Assembly (NCBI GenBank): GCA_051746885.1
Contig: JBNJFN010000001.1
Span: 1 to 43,016, forward strand
Length of the DNA: 43,016 nt
Reading direction: 5' to 3'
Origin: Bacteroidota bacterium
GTDB taxonomy: Bacteria; Bacteroidota; Bacteroidia; Bacteroidales; UBA12077
Below the pieces are notes generated by a model. That model saw nothing but the letters and a program-made list of their open reading frames with translations, did not search any database and had not been told where the DNA came from. Positions 9,637 to 18,879 of the stretch are shown here, in pieces; the stretch's first letter is position 1, and every line of letters begins with the position of its first letter. A program made the translations under genes and the position numbers.

Positions 9637-11577
9637 ATGATAAGTTTTACCGGAAATAATAAAATGATCCTGGTTTCGCTGGTTCTTTTGGTATTCATTT
9701 TTTATACCAGGATTGTCTGGGGTCAGGAGGAGAAAATGGAACAAAGAGAAGAAAGGGAAGATGAATATGTCATTTTTTACCAGGACTCGCTTTCTTCCCA
9801 AGATTCAATCAAATTTACGATTGATAAAGACTCTTATGAATCGACTGAATCATTTTTTGATACCCTTAAAAATAAAGCGAAACAAAGTTCTATAATCCAT
9901 AAGCTTTATAATTTATTGGTTGTTAATGATAAAAAGCAAGCCAGGCAGAATAATCGTATTGATGACTATAGCACTCCTTTTGAACAATATAGCGGAAAAC
10001 CGATTAACCACATATATATACGTCAACTGGACGTTTTCGGTAACTCTATCACCGACACGTCTATGGTTACAGACCAGTGGTATAAAGAAGTAGGTAATTG
10101 GATACACCTGCCCACACATAAATCCATTATAAAAGATAACCTTCTTTTTTCATCCGGCGATACCCTTGATCCTTCTCTCTTAAGAGATAACGGTCGTGTT
10201 CTGCGAAATCTGCAATATCTTAAGGATGCCCGTTTGATTGTTTTACCCAGTGGCCTTCAGGGAGATTCTGTTGATATCATAGTCATTACACAAGATGTTT
10301 GGTCAAAAGGCTTTGATGTTAATCTTGGAAGTATCAGTTCGGGAGAAATCCAGGTATTTGATAACAATTTTCTGGGCTTTGGCCATAAAATACAAACCAA
10401 TATCCAATTCGATTATTTCAAAAATTCCAATCCGGGAATTGAGGCAGACTACAATCTGAGTAATATTCAGGGTAGTTTTATCAATGGCCGTTTATATTAT
10501 TTGGATGCATTTGAAACCCGGCGTTATGGTTTACAATTCAGCAGGGATTTTTATTCATACCGTACCCGGATAGCCGGGGGAGGCAAGGTTTATAAAACGA
10601 ATACTACGAGAAACATTGTACAGGAAGACACCACATTCAATCAGGTAGATCTGGACTATATCAATCATGATATCTGGTTGGGGTATGCTTTTCCTTTAAG
10701 CTGGGGTGATGATTTTTTCAAGGATCGAAACCGTTTAATTCTCTCTGCAAGGTATAGAAACGACAGATTTTTTGAAGGCCCTCTGATTACCAAACGATAC
10801 AATTACCAGTTTCATAACAATCAGATGCTACTGGGTAAAGTTAGCCTTTCAAGGGAGAATTATTACAAAAGTTCCTTGATATATGGATTTGGGCGTACAG
10901 AGGACATCCCCGTTGGTGATCTGGCAAGTTATACCTTCGGCTGGGAGATGGATGAATTTTTTCGCCGCTTCTATTCGGGCGTGGACTTTAGACATGGCGA
11001 ATTTATCAGTGATTTCGGTTATCTTACTACTGAGATCGGGGCAGGAGGATTTTTATACAACAATAATATTGAACAGGCGACGATACGCTTTCGTACAAAT
11101 TATTTCAGCAAGCTGTTCCATACTGAAAATATGAAGTTCCGTCAATTTCTTAAACTGGATTATTCAGTAGGCTTTAACAGATTTCCAGAAGAAACTTTGA
11201 ATCTTGATAAATTAAGGGATATAAGAGGCTTTCCCAATTCAGATCTTTATGGTAATAAAAAAATGGTTTTTCGATCGGAAACGGTTGGCTTTACCAATAT
11301 TTATTATTACGGTTTCCGGCTTGCCTTTTATGGGTTTTGCGATATTGGCATCTTAGGGCCTTCCAAAAAGTTCATTCTTCAAAATCCCGTTCAAAGTGGG
11401 TTTGGGATAGGCATGCGGCTGAGAAATGAAAACTTTGTTTTTAATACTTTTCAGATCAGGCTGGGGTATTATCCCTCCCTCACCCATGAAAACAGCTTTC
11501 TGGTAAATGTATCCGGGGAAAAATCCTTGAGGCCAATGAGATATACGCCTGAACCCCCTCAGGTCATAGATTTTTAG
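9637..11577 (+). CDS. putative outer-membrane beta-barrel protein (Omp85/BamA-like or similar), function unknown
   Basis: 646 aa. The N-terminus is hydrophobic and signal-like (MILVSLVLLVFIFYTRIVWGQ). The composition is aromatic/Gly-rich with an alternating pattern. The C-terminal residue is Phe (...QVIDF), as in beta-barrel OMPs. The family was not identified with certainty. Confidence 0.5.
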   Translation: MISFTGNNKMILVSLVLLVFIFYTRIVWGQEEKMEQREEREDEYVIFYQDSLSSQDSIKFTIDKDSYESTESFFDTLKNKAKQSSIIHKLYNLLVVNDKKQARQNNRIDDYSTPFEQYSGKPINHIYIRQLDVFGNSITDTSMVTDQWYKEVGNWIHLPTHKSIIKDNLLFSSGDTLDPSLLRDNGRVLRNLQYLKDARLIVLPSGLQGDSVDIIVITQDVWSKGFDVNLGSISSGEIQVFDNNFLGFGHKIQTNIQFDYFKNSNPGIEADYNLSNIQGSFINGRLYYLDAFETRRYGLQFSRDFYSYRTRIAGGGKVYKTNTTRNIVQEDTTFNQVDLDYINHDIWLGYAFPLSWGDDFFKDRNRLILSARYRNDRFFEGPLITKRYNYQFHNNQMLLGKVSLSRENYYKSSLIYGFGRTEDIPVGDLASYTFGWEMDEFFRRFYSGVDFRHGEFISDFGYLTTEIGAGGFLYNNNIEQATIRFRTNYFSKLFHTENMKFRQFLKLDYSVGFNRFPEETLNLDKLRDIRGFPNSDLYGNKKMVFRSETVGFTNIYYYGFRLAFYGFCDIGILGPSKKFILQNPVQSGFGIGMRLRNENFVFNTFQIRLGYYPSLTHENSFLVNVSGEKSLRPMRYTPEPPQVIDF

Positions 11578-11638
11578 ATTATATTTTCTTATTCAGGGGT
11601 GTTTAAACATATTTTTATATTTCTCAACCTCCTTTTTT

Positions 11639-11646
11639 TATTTTTG
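11639..11646 (+). promoter_or_regulatory. candidate -7 promoter box (TATTTTTG) for tilS
   Basis: It matches TAnnTTTG and ends 27 nt upstream of the ATG at 11673. This argues against the TTG at 11655 as the start. Confidence 0.3.
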
Positions 11647-11672
11647 CAGACGGATTGAAATCGAGTGTAAAG

Positions 11673-13004
11673 ATGTATCGGAAATTTCTGGAATTTATTC
11701 AAGATAATGATCTCTCCCGCTATGATGACCGGATTCTTATTGGTGTTAGTGGTGGGATTGACTCTATGGTAATGACACATCTTTTTTTAATGTCGGGTTA
11801 TCGTTTTGCCATCGCACATTGTAATTTTCAGCTCCGGGGGGAGGAATCCGAAGGAGATCAGGAATTTGTTCAATCTTTTGCCAGAGATCATGACCTTATT
11901 TTTCATACAAAAAGATTCGATACAGAATCATTTGCTTCCGATAATAAGCTTTCTGTTCAAATGGCAGCCAGGAGGTTGAGGTATCAATGGTTTGAAGAAT
12001 TGAAAGCCCAATACAATTATGATGTGGTAGCAATGGGGCACAATAAAGATGACCTGGTGGAAACTTTTTTTATTAATATTGCCAGGGGTACGGGTTTAAG
12101 AGGGATAACCGGAATAAAACCACGAAATGATTATGTTGTCAGACCCCTTTTATTTGCCACCCGGGAGGAGATCTCGAGCTTCAGCAGGGAACATGAAATC
12201 AGTTACCGGGAAGATTCATCCAACCTTACTGTCAAATACAGCAGAAATAAAATCAGACATCATATCATTCCGGAATTTCAGGAAATTAATCCGCGTTTTC
12301 TGGAAACTGTGCGGGAAAATACTGAAAGATTTCAGGAAGCTTATACCATATACATGCGAGCTGTTGAAGAGAAAAAATCGGAGTTGACTTTCCGTAAGGG
12401 TTCGGAGTTATATGTTGATATAGAAAAATTATTGAATCTGGAAGAGAAAAATACATACCTTTTTGAGATATTAAAGCCCTACCATTTTTCGAAAGAAATC
12501 GTTCGTGAGATTACTGATAATTTGAATGCTGAGCCCGGAAAGGAATTTTTTTCTCCTACTCACAAACTAATCAGGGACCGGGATTATTTAATTGTCACAC
12601 CTGTGGAGGAGAAGAAATCAAGCCGTTACTATATCGATGAGGGTGCTCAATACATTAATGAGCCTGTCTGTTTGAAATTCAATTTGGTTGAGGATGTTGA
12701 AAATTATAAGATACCCGGGGACCCCCAAGTGATCTCCATTGACTATGATAAAGTCCAGTTTCCTCTCATGCTCAGGAAATGGGAAAAGGGTGATTATTTT
12801 AAGCCTTTTGGGTTTGACCACTATAAAAAACTAAGTGATTTTTTTGTGGATAGGAAATATTCGCTTTTGGATAAAGAACGGGCCTGGATTCTTGCCTCCG
12901 GAGAGAAAATCATTTGGCTTGTGGGTGACCGGTTGGACGACCGTTTCAGAATAGACACCGATACCAGTAGAATACTGGAGATTATGTGGATCAAAGATTC
13001 TTAA
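11673..13004 (+). CDS. tilS: tRNA(Ile)-lysidine synthetase
   Basis: It has the PP-loop motif VSGGIDSMV near the N-terminus, HCNFQLRG, and the length and architecture typical of TilS. The start is placed at the first ATG (MYRKF...). Confidence 0.9.
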   Translation: MYRKFLEFIQDNDLSRYDDRILIGVSGGIDSMVMTHLFLMSGYRFAIAHCNFQLRGEESEGDQEFVQSFARDHDLIFHTKRFDTESFASDNKLSVQMAARRLRYQWFEELKAQYNYDVVAMGHNKDDLVETFFINIARGTGLRGITGIKPRNDYVVRPLLFATREEISSFSREHEISYREDSSNLTVKYSRNKIRHHIIPEFQEINPRFLETVRENTERFQEAYTIYMRAVEEKKSELTFRKGSELYVDIEKLLNLEEKNTYLFEILKPYHFSKEIVREITDNLNAEPGKEFFSPTHKLIRDRDYLIVTPVEEKKSSRYYIDEGAQYINEPVCLKFNLVEDVENYKIPGDPQVISIDYDKVQFPLMLRKWEKGDYFKPFGFDHYKKLSDFFVDRKYSLLDKERAWILASGEKIIWLVGDRLDDRFRIDTDTSRILEIMWIKDS

Positions 13005-13019
13005 GGCTAACGGAAAATT

Positions 13020-14012
13020 TTATTCAAATACCCGTGGAGTTTTTTGTTCCAGCAGCATAAGATCAGCAAGCACCACAGCGGTAACAGCCTCAACAATTAC
13101 AGGCATACGCAATGCAATGCATGCATCATGACGTCCCTTCACTTCAAGGTCTTCCATCTGTTCGGTTTCTATGTTCACTGTTTGTTGTTTTTTAGGAGTG
13201 CTGGAAGGGGGTTTTACTGCAACATTGAATACCATGTCGTTTCCGTTGGTAATGCCTCCGTTAATTCCTCCGGCGTGATTGGTTTCTGTTTTACCCTCTT
13301 TATTGATAATGGGATCGTTGTGTTCGCTTCCCAGCATCTCAGAAGCCTGAAAACCTGATCCGAATTCAATTCCCTTAATAGCGGGTATAGAGAATATGAT
13401 ATGGCTTATCAAGGATTCCACAGAGTCGAAGAACGGTTCACCGAGGCCAACAGGGACATTTTCTACCTTGCAGTTAATTAACCCTCCAATGGTGTCATTT
13501 TTTTGGATCGCATACTGAACAGCCTGGTCTATATCCTTCATACCACCGGCTTCAGTAAGTTTGGCATTAACAAAGACAGGGAAAATAACCTTTTTGGCAA
13601 TGACACCTGCTGCCACAAGCCCAAGGGTCAGTCTGCCGGAAAAATGACCACTGCCCCGGTGATCGTTGAAACCACCAAATTTTTGGTGAGCTGTGAAGTC
13701 TGCATGGCCGGGTCTGGGTTTCTGAAGAAAATCCTTATAGTCTTTTGAATGGGTGTTTTGATTTCTAAATAATATGGTAATGGGAGCTCCGGTTGTTCTT
13801 TCCTGATAGATTCCACTGACAAATTCAGGGTGGTCCAGTTCTTTCCTGGGAGTTGTGCCTATTTTTCCGCTTTTTCTCCTGGAAAGATCCGTGTTGAATT
13901 CTTCCGAATTTATATTTATTCCCGCAGGGCAACCGTCAAGAGTAATGCCTATCAGGTTGCCATGGGATTCCCCGAATATAGAGATTCTGAATATATTACC
14001 GAAAACGTTCAT
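13020..14012 (-). CDS. aroC: chorismate synthase
   Basis: 330 aa. Motifs are FGESHG, GRSSARET-like RRKSGKIGTTPR, GGGRSSGR-like RGSGHFSGRLT and KGRHDACIALRMPVIVEA. Confidence 0.92.
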   Translation of the reverse strand: MNVFGNIFRISIFGESHGNLIGITLDGCPAGININSEEFNTDLSRRKSGKIGTTPRKELDHPEFVSGIYQERTTGAPITILFRNQNTHSKDYKDFLQKPRPGHADFTAHQKFGGFNDHRGSGHFSGRLTLGLVAAGVIAKKVIFPVFVNAKLTEAGGMKDIDQAVQYAIQKNDTIGGLINCKVENVPVGLGEPFFDSVESLISHIIFSIPAIKGIEFGSGFQASEMLGSEHNDPIINKEGKTETNHAGGINGGITNGNDMVFNVAVKPPSSTPKKQQTVNIETEQMEDLEVKGRHDACIALRMPVIVEAVTAVVLADLMLLEQKTPRVFE

Positions 14013-14047
14013 AAAATTTGATGTTTGAAGTACTTGTCAAAGATAAT

Positions 14048-14090
14048 AAAAAAAAAGGTAGAGCCGATCTATATATCCTCTCTACCTTTT
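14048..14090 (-). terminator. bidirectional-type hairpin terminator downstream of the radical-SAM gene
   Basis: The stem GGTAGAG (14057-14063) with CTCTACC (14078-14084) is flanked by a 9-nt A-run and a 6-nt T-run. Confidence 0.5.
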
Positions 14091-14112
14091 TTAATGATGG
14101 CCACTCAATTAC

Positions 14113-15555
14113 TTATTTATTTGTCTCCACTTTTTCTTTCTCCATATATTCTTCTTCCCATATGTCCTCTGTTAGTTCTTCCAGTTCTTTATCGTATTGG
14201 ACCAGTCTCCTGTAATATTCATTGTCATTAAGCGATTCTTCCGCTTCTTCGCTTTCCCCTTTTGCGTGACGGGGCAGTATGTTCCTTCGGAAATTGTCAT
14301 AATGGTCCCTGATGGAGCAAGGCATAAGCCAGTTGTTTGGATTGTCGGGATGAGCCTGGCCATATTCCCTGATCCATTTTCTTCCGTTTTTCATGAAATC
14401 GGAGAATAATGCATCAACAAGCGATTTTCCGTTGTTGTAAAGGTCGTACACATTATCCACATAATAAGGCACGAATACACAAGGCATAATATTGCCGTTC
14501 CAGTCAATGTAAAAGTAACCGCCTCTTCGTCCGTAGGCGATGCATCCGTTGACCAGTACGCCGCTATTCCAGAAATCAGCTACACAATATTGTTTTTCTG
14601 AGATGAGGTATTCCCATTTTCTGTATAATTCAACACGTTTTTCAGGAGGAACCATCAGGTCAAAGGCATGGGTGCTTCTGCCAATTGGCATAAGCTGGAA
14701 TTGCCACATGTATGTAGCACCCTGCTGATCGAAATAATAATCGTAAAATTCATCTTTCATGAGGAGATCCGCATTTTCACTGGTTGCGGTGACGGAAATT
14801 CCAATGGGTACACCGGCATTTCTAAGGTTTTCTAAAGCTTCCCGTATTTTCTTATGAGTGCCTTTCCCCCTTCTGGCATCGGTTTCTTTTTCAAAACCTT
14901 CTACTGATATTGCAGGTGTAACATTACCCGATTTTCCAAGCCGTTCTGCTACCTCAGGCGTAATAAGTGTTCCGTTGGTATAAACCAGGAAGAAGACATC
15001 GTCATATTTCTCAAAGAGATCAAGCATGGTTTTTCCTTCACTTTTATACATGAAGGGTTCTCCGCCACTTATGGTTACAAAGCGGCTGTGGAATTTGTTC
15101 CGTACTTCATCCACTATCTTGTCCACAACGTGAAAGGGTAATTTGGCGCTAGCGTGGGGATCTGAAGAAGCATAACAGCCGGTGCACTTAAGATTGCATG
15201 CCTGAGTGGGGGAGAGGACAATGAAGTTCGGCGGATATTCCCCATATTGTTCTTTGAAATCTTCCAGTTTCTCACTGAATTTTTGTTTGTTAAGAAACGA
15301 ATTTTCAATCAATACGTTAACAAGTCGTTTAAAAACGTTTTTGGAGAAATAGCCCTTCTCAACATTTCTTACAGAAGACCTCAGCATAGAGTTCATGAAC
15401 TGGTACTTCTTCTTTTGCACTTCGTTCAGGGTATTCTCATTTTTTTCAACAATAGAGTCGTACAAGTAATTATCGAGCTTTTTTAGCAGATAATTTCTGC
15501 TCATTTTATTGTTTACAAGCTCACGCAGTACATTAGAAAATATAAAATCTTTCAT
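14113..15555 (-). CDS. radical SAM enzyme with a C-terminal SPASM/twitch-like Cys segment, substrate unknown
   Basis: Motifs are PTQACNLKCTGCYAS (Cx3Cx2C), ISGGEPF, and the later Cys-containing segments GCIAYG...GNIMPCVF...PCSIRD. An ATG at 15555 is preceded by AGGAGA, and a TAAATTTG box lies at 15605-15612 (minus strand). The GTG at 15585 in the track is less likely. Confidence 0.85.
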   Translation of the reverse strand: MKDFIFSNVLRELVNNKMSRNYLLKKLDNYLYDSIVEKNENTLNEVQKKKYQFMNSMLRSSVRNVEKGYFSKNVFKRLVNVLIENSFLNKQKFSEKLEDFKEQYGEYPPNFIVLSPTQACNLKCTGCYASSDPHASAKLPFHVVDKIVDEVRNKFHSRFVTISGGEPFMYKSEGKTMLDLFEKYDDVFFLVYTNGTLITPEVAERLGKSGNVTPAISVEGFEKETDARRGKGTHKKIREALENLRNAGVPIGISVTATSENADLLMKDEFYDYYFDQQGATYMWQFQLMPIGRSTHAFDLMVPPEKRVELYRKWEYLISEKQYCVADFWNSGVLVNGCIAYGRRGGYFYIDWNGNIMPCVFVPYYVDNVYDLYNNGKSLVDALFSDFMKNGRKWIREYGQAHPDNPNNWLMPCSIRDHYDNFRRNILPRHAKGESEEAEESLNDNEYYRRLVQYDKELEELTEDIWEEEYMEKEKVETNK

Positions 15556-15834
15556 AGTATATCTCCTTTTTTTTGATGTTAACACATTGTATTTTACTTT
15601 ATACCAAATTTATTTTATCTACGATAAAATATCAAGAAATATTATGTTAAATTGGTGAAAAGTTTTGAAGACATACCTACTTGTGCGTTAATGATGGTAT
15701 AAGAAACTTAATGATTTAGATTGTGCGCGGATTTTCAATTTATTTATAATAGTTTTAAATATTCCCCTCTCTTGCCTCATTTTAATTGGGCTCTTTCTAT
15801 TAATTTTGTACGACAAATTTTAATATTTTCCCTT

Positions 15835-16107
15835 ATGATAATTGGTATAGCCTTATTGATTACTGGAATATTTCTGGGTTATTGGTTGAGAAACCATTCA
15901 AAAATTTTACGGATCAGCTCGAAACTAACAGATGGTGCTATTTTTCTGCTTTTGTTTTTTTTGGGGGTTACGGTAGGTATGAATGAAAAAATTATATCGA
16001 ATTTCCAGAATATTGGTCTGCAATCGCTTGTTTTAACTCTTTTTGCCACCATCGGAAGTATTTTGGTCACATTTGTGTTTTATAAATTCTTTTTCAGTAA
16101 ACAATGA
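15835..16107 (+). CDS. LysO/DUF340-family membrane protein, small N-terminal-type subunit
   Basis: The hydrophobic ~90-aa product starts at the ATG at 15835 (MIIGIALLITGIFLGYW). Its stop overlaps the next start (ATGA at 16104-16107). The long upstream extension in the ORF track begins at a TTG and looks non-coding. Confidence 0.55.
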   Translation: MIIGIALLITGIFLGYWLRNHSKILRISSKLTDGAIFLLLFFLGVTVGMNEKIISNFQNIGLQSLVLTLFATIGSILVTFVFYKFFFSKQ

Positions 16108-16703
16108 GGAATACGGTTATCATCATATTCTTTTTCATAGCGGGTCTGCTTTTTGGTATATATGCCTTTCTGCCCGAAGAAATGAGCGGTGATGAGATGA
16201 CCGGGTTTGTGCTTTACCTGCTTCTGTTTTTGGTAGGTATTGGGGTAGGTTCCAATAAGAATACACTGAAATTGTTGAAATCGGTGAATCTTAAAATCTT
16301 TCTCATTCCCTTATCCGTGATTATGGGTACTTTTCTGGGAACTTTTATTTACTCCTTGATAGATAACTCCTTGAATTTGAAAGAATGCTGGGCAGTCGGT
16401 GCTGGTTTTGGTTACTATAGTCTGTCAAGTGTTTTGATAAAGGAAATTGCAGGTGAAAGTCTGGGCGTTATAGCTTTATTGTCCAATATTATAAGAGAAA
16501 TTTTCACGCTTTTGCTCACTCCTTTTATAGCCCGTATTTTTGGTAAGTACGGACCCATTTCAGCCGGGGGTGCTACCTCTATGGATACCACATTGCCCAT
16601 CATTACCAGATATATAGGAACCGAATATGCTGCTTTGTCCGTTTTTAGCGGACTTGTATTAACCCTCCTGGTTCCTTTCATTGTACCTTTGATTTTGGGA
16701 TAA
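16104..16703 (+). CDS. LysO/YbjE (DUF340) family lysine-exporter-like membrane protein
   Basis: 199 aa and polytopic. The GGATSMDTTLPII segment is, from memory, characteristic of DUF340. Confidence 0.7.
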   Translation: MRNTVIIIFFFIAGLLFGIYAFLPEEMSGDEMTGFVLYLLLFLVGIGVGSNKNTLKLLKSVNLKIFLIPLSVIMGTFLGTFIYSLIDNSLNLKECWAVGAGFGYYSLSSVLIKEIAGESLGVIALLSNIIREIFTLLLTPFIARIFGKYGPISAGGATSMDTTLPIITRYIGTEYAALSVFSGLVLTLLVPFIVPLILG

Positions 16704-16819
16704 ACCCGGGGGGAAGTTGATGCGATAAAGGCTTGATGTTTTTAAATATTGAATAGCCAGCCTATGAAAAAATGAACAATATAGCAGGCTTTTTGTTTGC
16801 CATGTTAAATTTTATAGAT

Positions 16820-17011
16820 ATGAAAAAGAACATAGGAAAAACGGACAAAACAGTACGCATCATTTTGGGTATGCTCATTGGAGTGGCAGGTCTTTATTTT
16901 CAGAGCTGGTGGGGTTTGTTGGGGCTGATTCCCTTACTGACAGCTTTTATGGGAACATGTGGCCTGTATCTACCATTTGGAATTAGCACTTGTTCCACAA
17001 AAACGGAATAA
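16820..17011 (+). CDS. DUF2892 (YgaP-like) small membrane protein
   Basis: The sequence MKKNIGKTDKTVRIILG...WWGLLGLIPLLTAFMGTCGLYLPFGISTC is the typical DUF2892 pattern. The start is placed at the ATG at 16820. Confidence 0.7.
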   Translation: MKKNIGKTDKTVRIILGMLIGVAGLYFQSWWGLLGLIPLLTAFMGTCGLYLPFGISTCSTKTE

Positions 17012-17029
17012 TGCGAACAATCATTCAGG

Positions 17030-17072
17030 ATCAGTGTTTTTGAGATTGACGTTTTCTCAGAAGCACTGATTT
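17030..17072. terminator. hairpin terminator between the convergent DUF2892 gene and sucC
   Basis: The 16-nt arms are ATCAGTGTTTTTGAGA (17030-17045) and TCTCAGAAGCACTGAT (17055-17070), with two G-T pairs. A TTTT run follows. Confidence 0.5.
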
Positions 17073-18260
17073 TTATACATAGTTTTTCACAGCCTCAGCC
17101 GCTTCCTGAAGCGTTACAGCAGATTTTACCTGTAATCCGCTTTCATCGATCAGCTTTTTGCCCTCCTCCGCATTGGTGCCCTGGAGTCTGACTACAACAG
17201 GTACCCGGATTTCACCCAAAGCGCTGAACGCCTCCGTAATGCCTCTGGCAACCCTGTCACAACGTACAATACCTCCGAATATATTGATTAAAACCGCTTT
17301 GACATTGGGATCTTCAAGTATAATTCTAAACCCTGCCTCAACCGTTTCAGCATTGGCAGATCCGCCTACATCCAGGAAATTAGCCGGGTGGCCTCCCGAT
17401 AGTTTAATGATATCCATTGTGGCCATCGCCAGACCGGCACCGTTTACCATACAACCCACATTCCCATCCAGTTTGATGAAATTGAGATTGTTTTTGCCTG
17501 CTTCCACTTCTGCAGGATCTTCTTCAGAGGTATCCCTTAAATCCAGATAATCCTTGTGGCGGAATAAGGCGTTGTCATCCAGATTGATCTTGGCATCAGC
17601 AGCCAGAATTTTATTGTCCCTGGTCTTGAATAGCGGATTGATTTCTATGAGTGAGGCATCCGTATTCAGATATGCATGATAAAGTTTCATAACGAATCGT
17701 ACCATCTCTTTAAACGCTTTCCCATCCAATCCGAGATTAAAGGCGATTTTTCTGGCCTGGTAGGATTGAATGCCTAATCCCGGGTGAACTGCTTCCTTAA
17801 AGATCAGATGCGGAGTTTTTTCTGCAACAGATTCAATATCCACACCGCCTTCGGTGGAATACATGATAAGGTTTTTGCCTGAATCCCGGTTTAGCAGAAC
17901 CCCCATATAAAATTCTGCCGGCTCACTTTCTCCCTCGTAGTATATGTTTTGTTCTATCAGTATTCTATGTACTTTTTTCCCTTCTTTCCCTGTTTGATGA
18001 GTAATGAGATTCATGCCCAGAATATTTTCCGCATGCGTCTTTACCTCCTGCAGGGACTTGGCAATCTTAACGCCGCCTCCTTTGCCTCTTCCACCGGCGT
18101 GGATCTGTGCTTTAACCGCCCATGTATCCGTGTACGTTGCTTCTTGTATGCTTTTTGCCGCTTCGGTGGCCTGGCTGACCTTGTTGATCATAATCCCTTC
18201 GGGCACTGGAACCCCGTTTTCCCTGAGTAGATTTTTTGCCTGGTATTCATGGATATTCAT
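17073..18260 (-). CDS. sucC: succinate--CoA ligase (ADP-forming) beta subunit
   Basis: It has the MNIHEYQAKNLL N-terminus, AQIHAGGRGKGGGVK and an ATP-grasp layout. The start is placed at the ATG at 18260. No sucD is adjacent. Confidence 0.95.
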   Translation of the reverse strand: MNIHEYQAKNLLRENGVPVPEGIMINKVSQATEAAKSIQEATYTDTWAVKAQIHAGGRGKGGGVKIAKSLQEVKTHAENILGMNLITHQTGKEGKKVHRILIEQNIYYEGESEPAEFYMGVLLNRDSGKNLIMYSTEGGVDIESVAEKTPHLIFKEAVHPGLGIQSYQARKIAFNLGLDGKAFKEMVRFVMKLYHAYLNTDASLIEINPLFKTRDNKILAADAKINLDDNALFRHKDYLDLRDTSEEDPAEVEAGKNNLNFIKLDGNVGCMVNGAGLAMATMDIIKLSGGHPANFLDVGGSANAETVEAGFRIILEDPNVKAVLINIFGGIVRCDRVARGITEAFSALGEIRVPVVVRLQGTNAEEGKKLIDESGLQVKSAVTLQEAAEAVKNYV

Positions 18261-18408
18261 TATCGTATGCTTTTTATAGATCACTTTCTACGAAATTATG
18301 GAAATTTTGTGTATTCCCAATAAGTCTTTATCTGCTTTGCATTTTTGGGACCTGTTAAACCGGATTTTTACCTGTTTGCCTCCGTTCATGGAAAGATTGC
18401 CTAGGGCT

Positions 18409-18484
18409 ATTATTTAGATTGTTTTTAAATTATTTGTTATTTTAATAACAGTGTTAAAAAAATAACAATAAATTTTTATATTTG
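18409..18484 (+). promoter_or_regulatory. promoter/operator block, copy 1 (upstream of the hydrogenase sensor operon)
   Basis: It aligns to 22326-22400 and includes the 33-nt identical core TTTAATAACAGTGTTAAAAAAATAACAATAAAT (18441-18473). It ends in the TATATTTG -7 box (18477-18484). Confidence 0.55.
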
Positions 18485-18489
18485 CACGT

Positions 18490-18876
18490 ATGAATGATAA
18501 TAATTTAACAAAAGTTCGCAAACAGAATGCTGTTATGAAGGTATCCGAAATTGCCCGGCTCATAAATGCAAATATCGTATATGACAGTAAGGAAGATATT
18601 GAAGTATCCAAAGCATTTGCATCGGATCTGATGAGCGATGTGCTCACACTGGAAACAGACAATACATTGCTTATCACTGGATTGGCTAATGTACAGGCTG
18701 TTCGTACGGCAGAAATGTCGGATATCAACTGCATCGTGTTTGCAAGAAACAAAAAGGTGAATGAGGCTATGAAACAGGTGGCCGAAGAAAATGATATCGT
18801 GCTGCTTGAGACACCCTTTTCGGTATTTAAAACTTCAGGGATACTATATCAGGAAGGTATCAAACCCATATTTTGA
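18490..18876 (+). CDS. DRTGG-domain protein (paralog 1)
   Basis: ~115-128 aa. It shares the SDLMSDVL / LLITG pattern with the second small protein at 20668. It resembles DRTGG-domain proteins found next to [FeFe]-hydrogenase genes. The start may instead be the ATG at 18535, because the -7 box ends only 6 nt before 18490. Confidence 0.65.
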   Translation: MNDNNLTKVRKQNAVMKVSEIARLINANIVYDSKEDIEVSKAFASDLMSDVLTLETDNTLLITGLANVQAVRTAEMSDINCIVFARNKKVNEAMKQVAEENDIVLLETPFSVFKTSGILYQEGIKPIF

Positions 18877-18879
18877 CTC

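Noticed and set aside
15586-15834. Looked for a lysine riboswitch or other leader upstream of the LysO-type transporter genes.
   Set aside because: I could not find the conserved lysine-riboswitch core segments or a convincing multi-helix structure. The region is A/T-rich and is shared with the divergent radical-SAM promoter. cmscan would settle the question.
15835-16703. LysO/DUF340 encoded as two ORFs, which could indicate a frameshifted pseudogene.
   Set aside because: The two ORFs meet at a clean ATGA overlap and both are intact and hydrophobic. From memory, two-gene DUF340 arrangements are common. I see no evidence of decay.
17073-18260. sucC without an adjacent sucD, as a possible anomaly.
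   Set aside because: Separation of sucC and sucD occurs in several Bacteroidota lineages as far as I recall. The gene itself looks intact.
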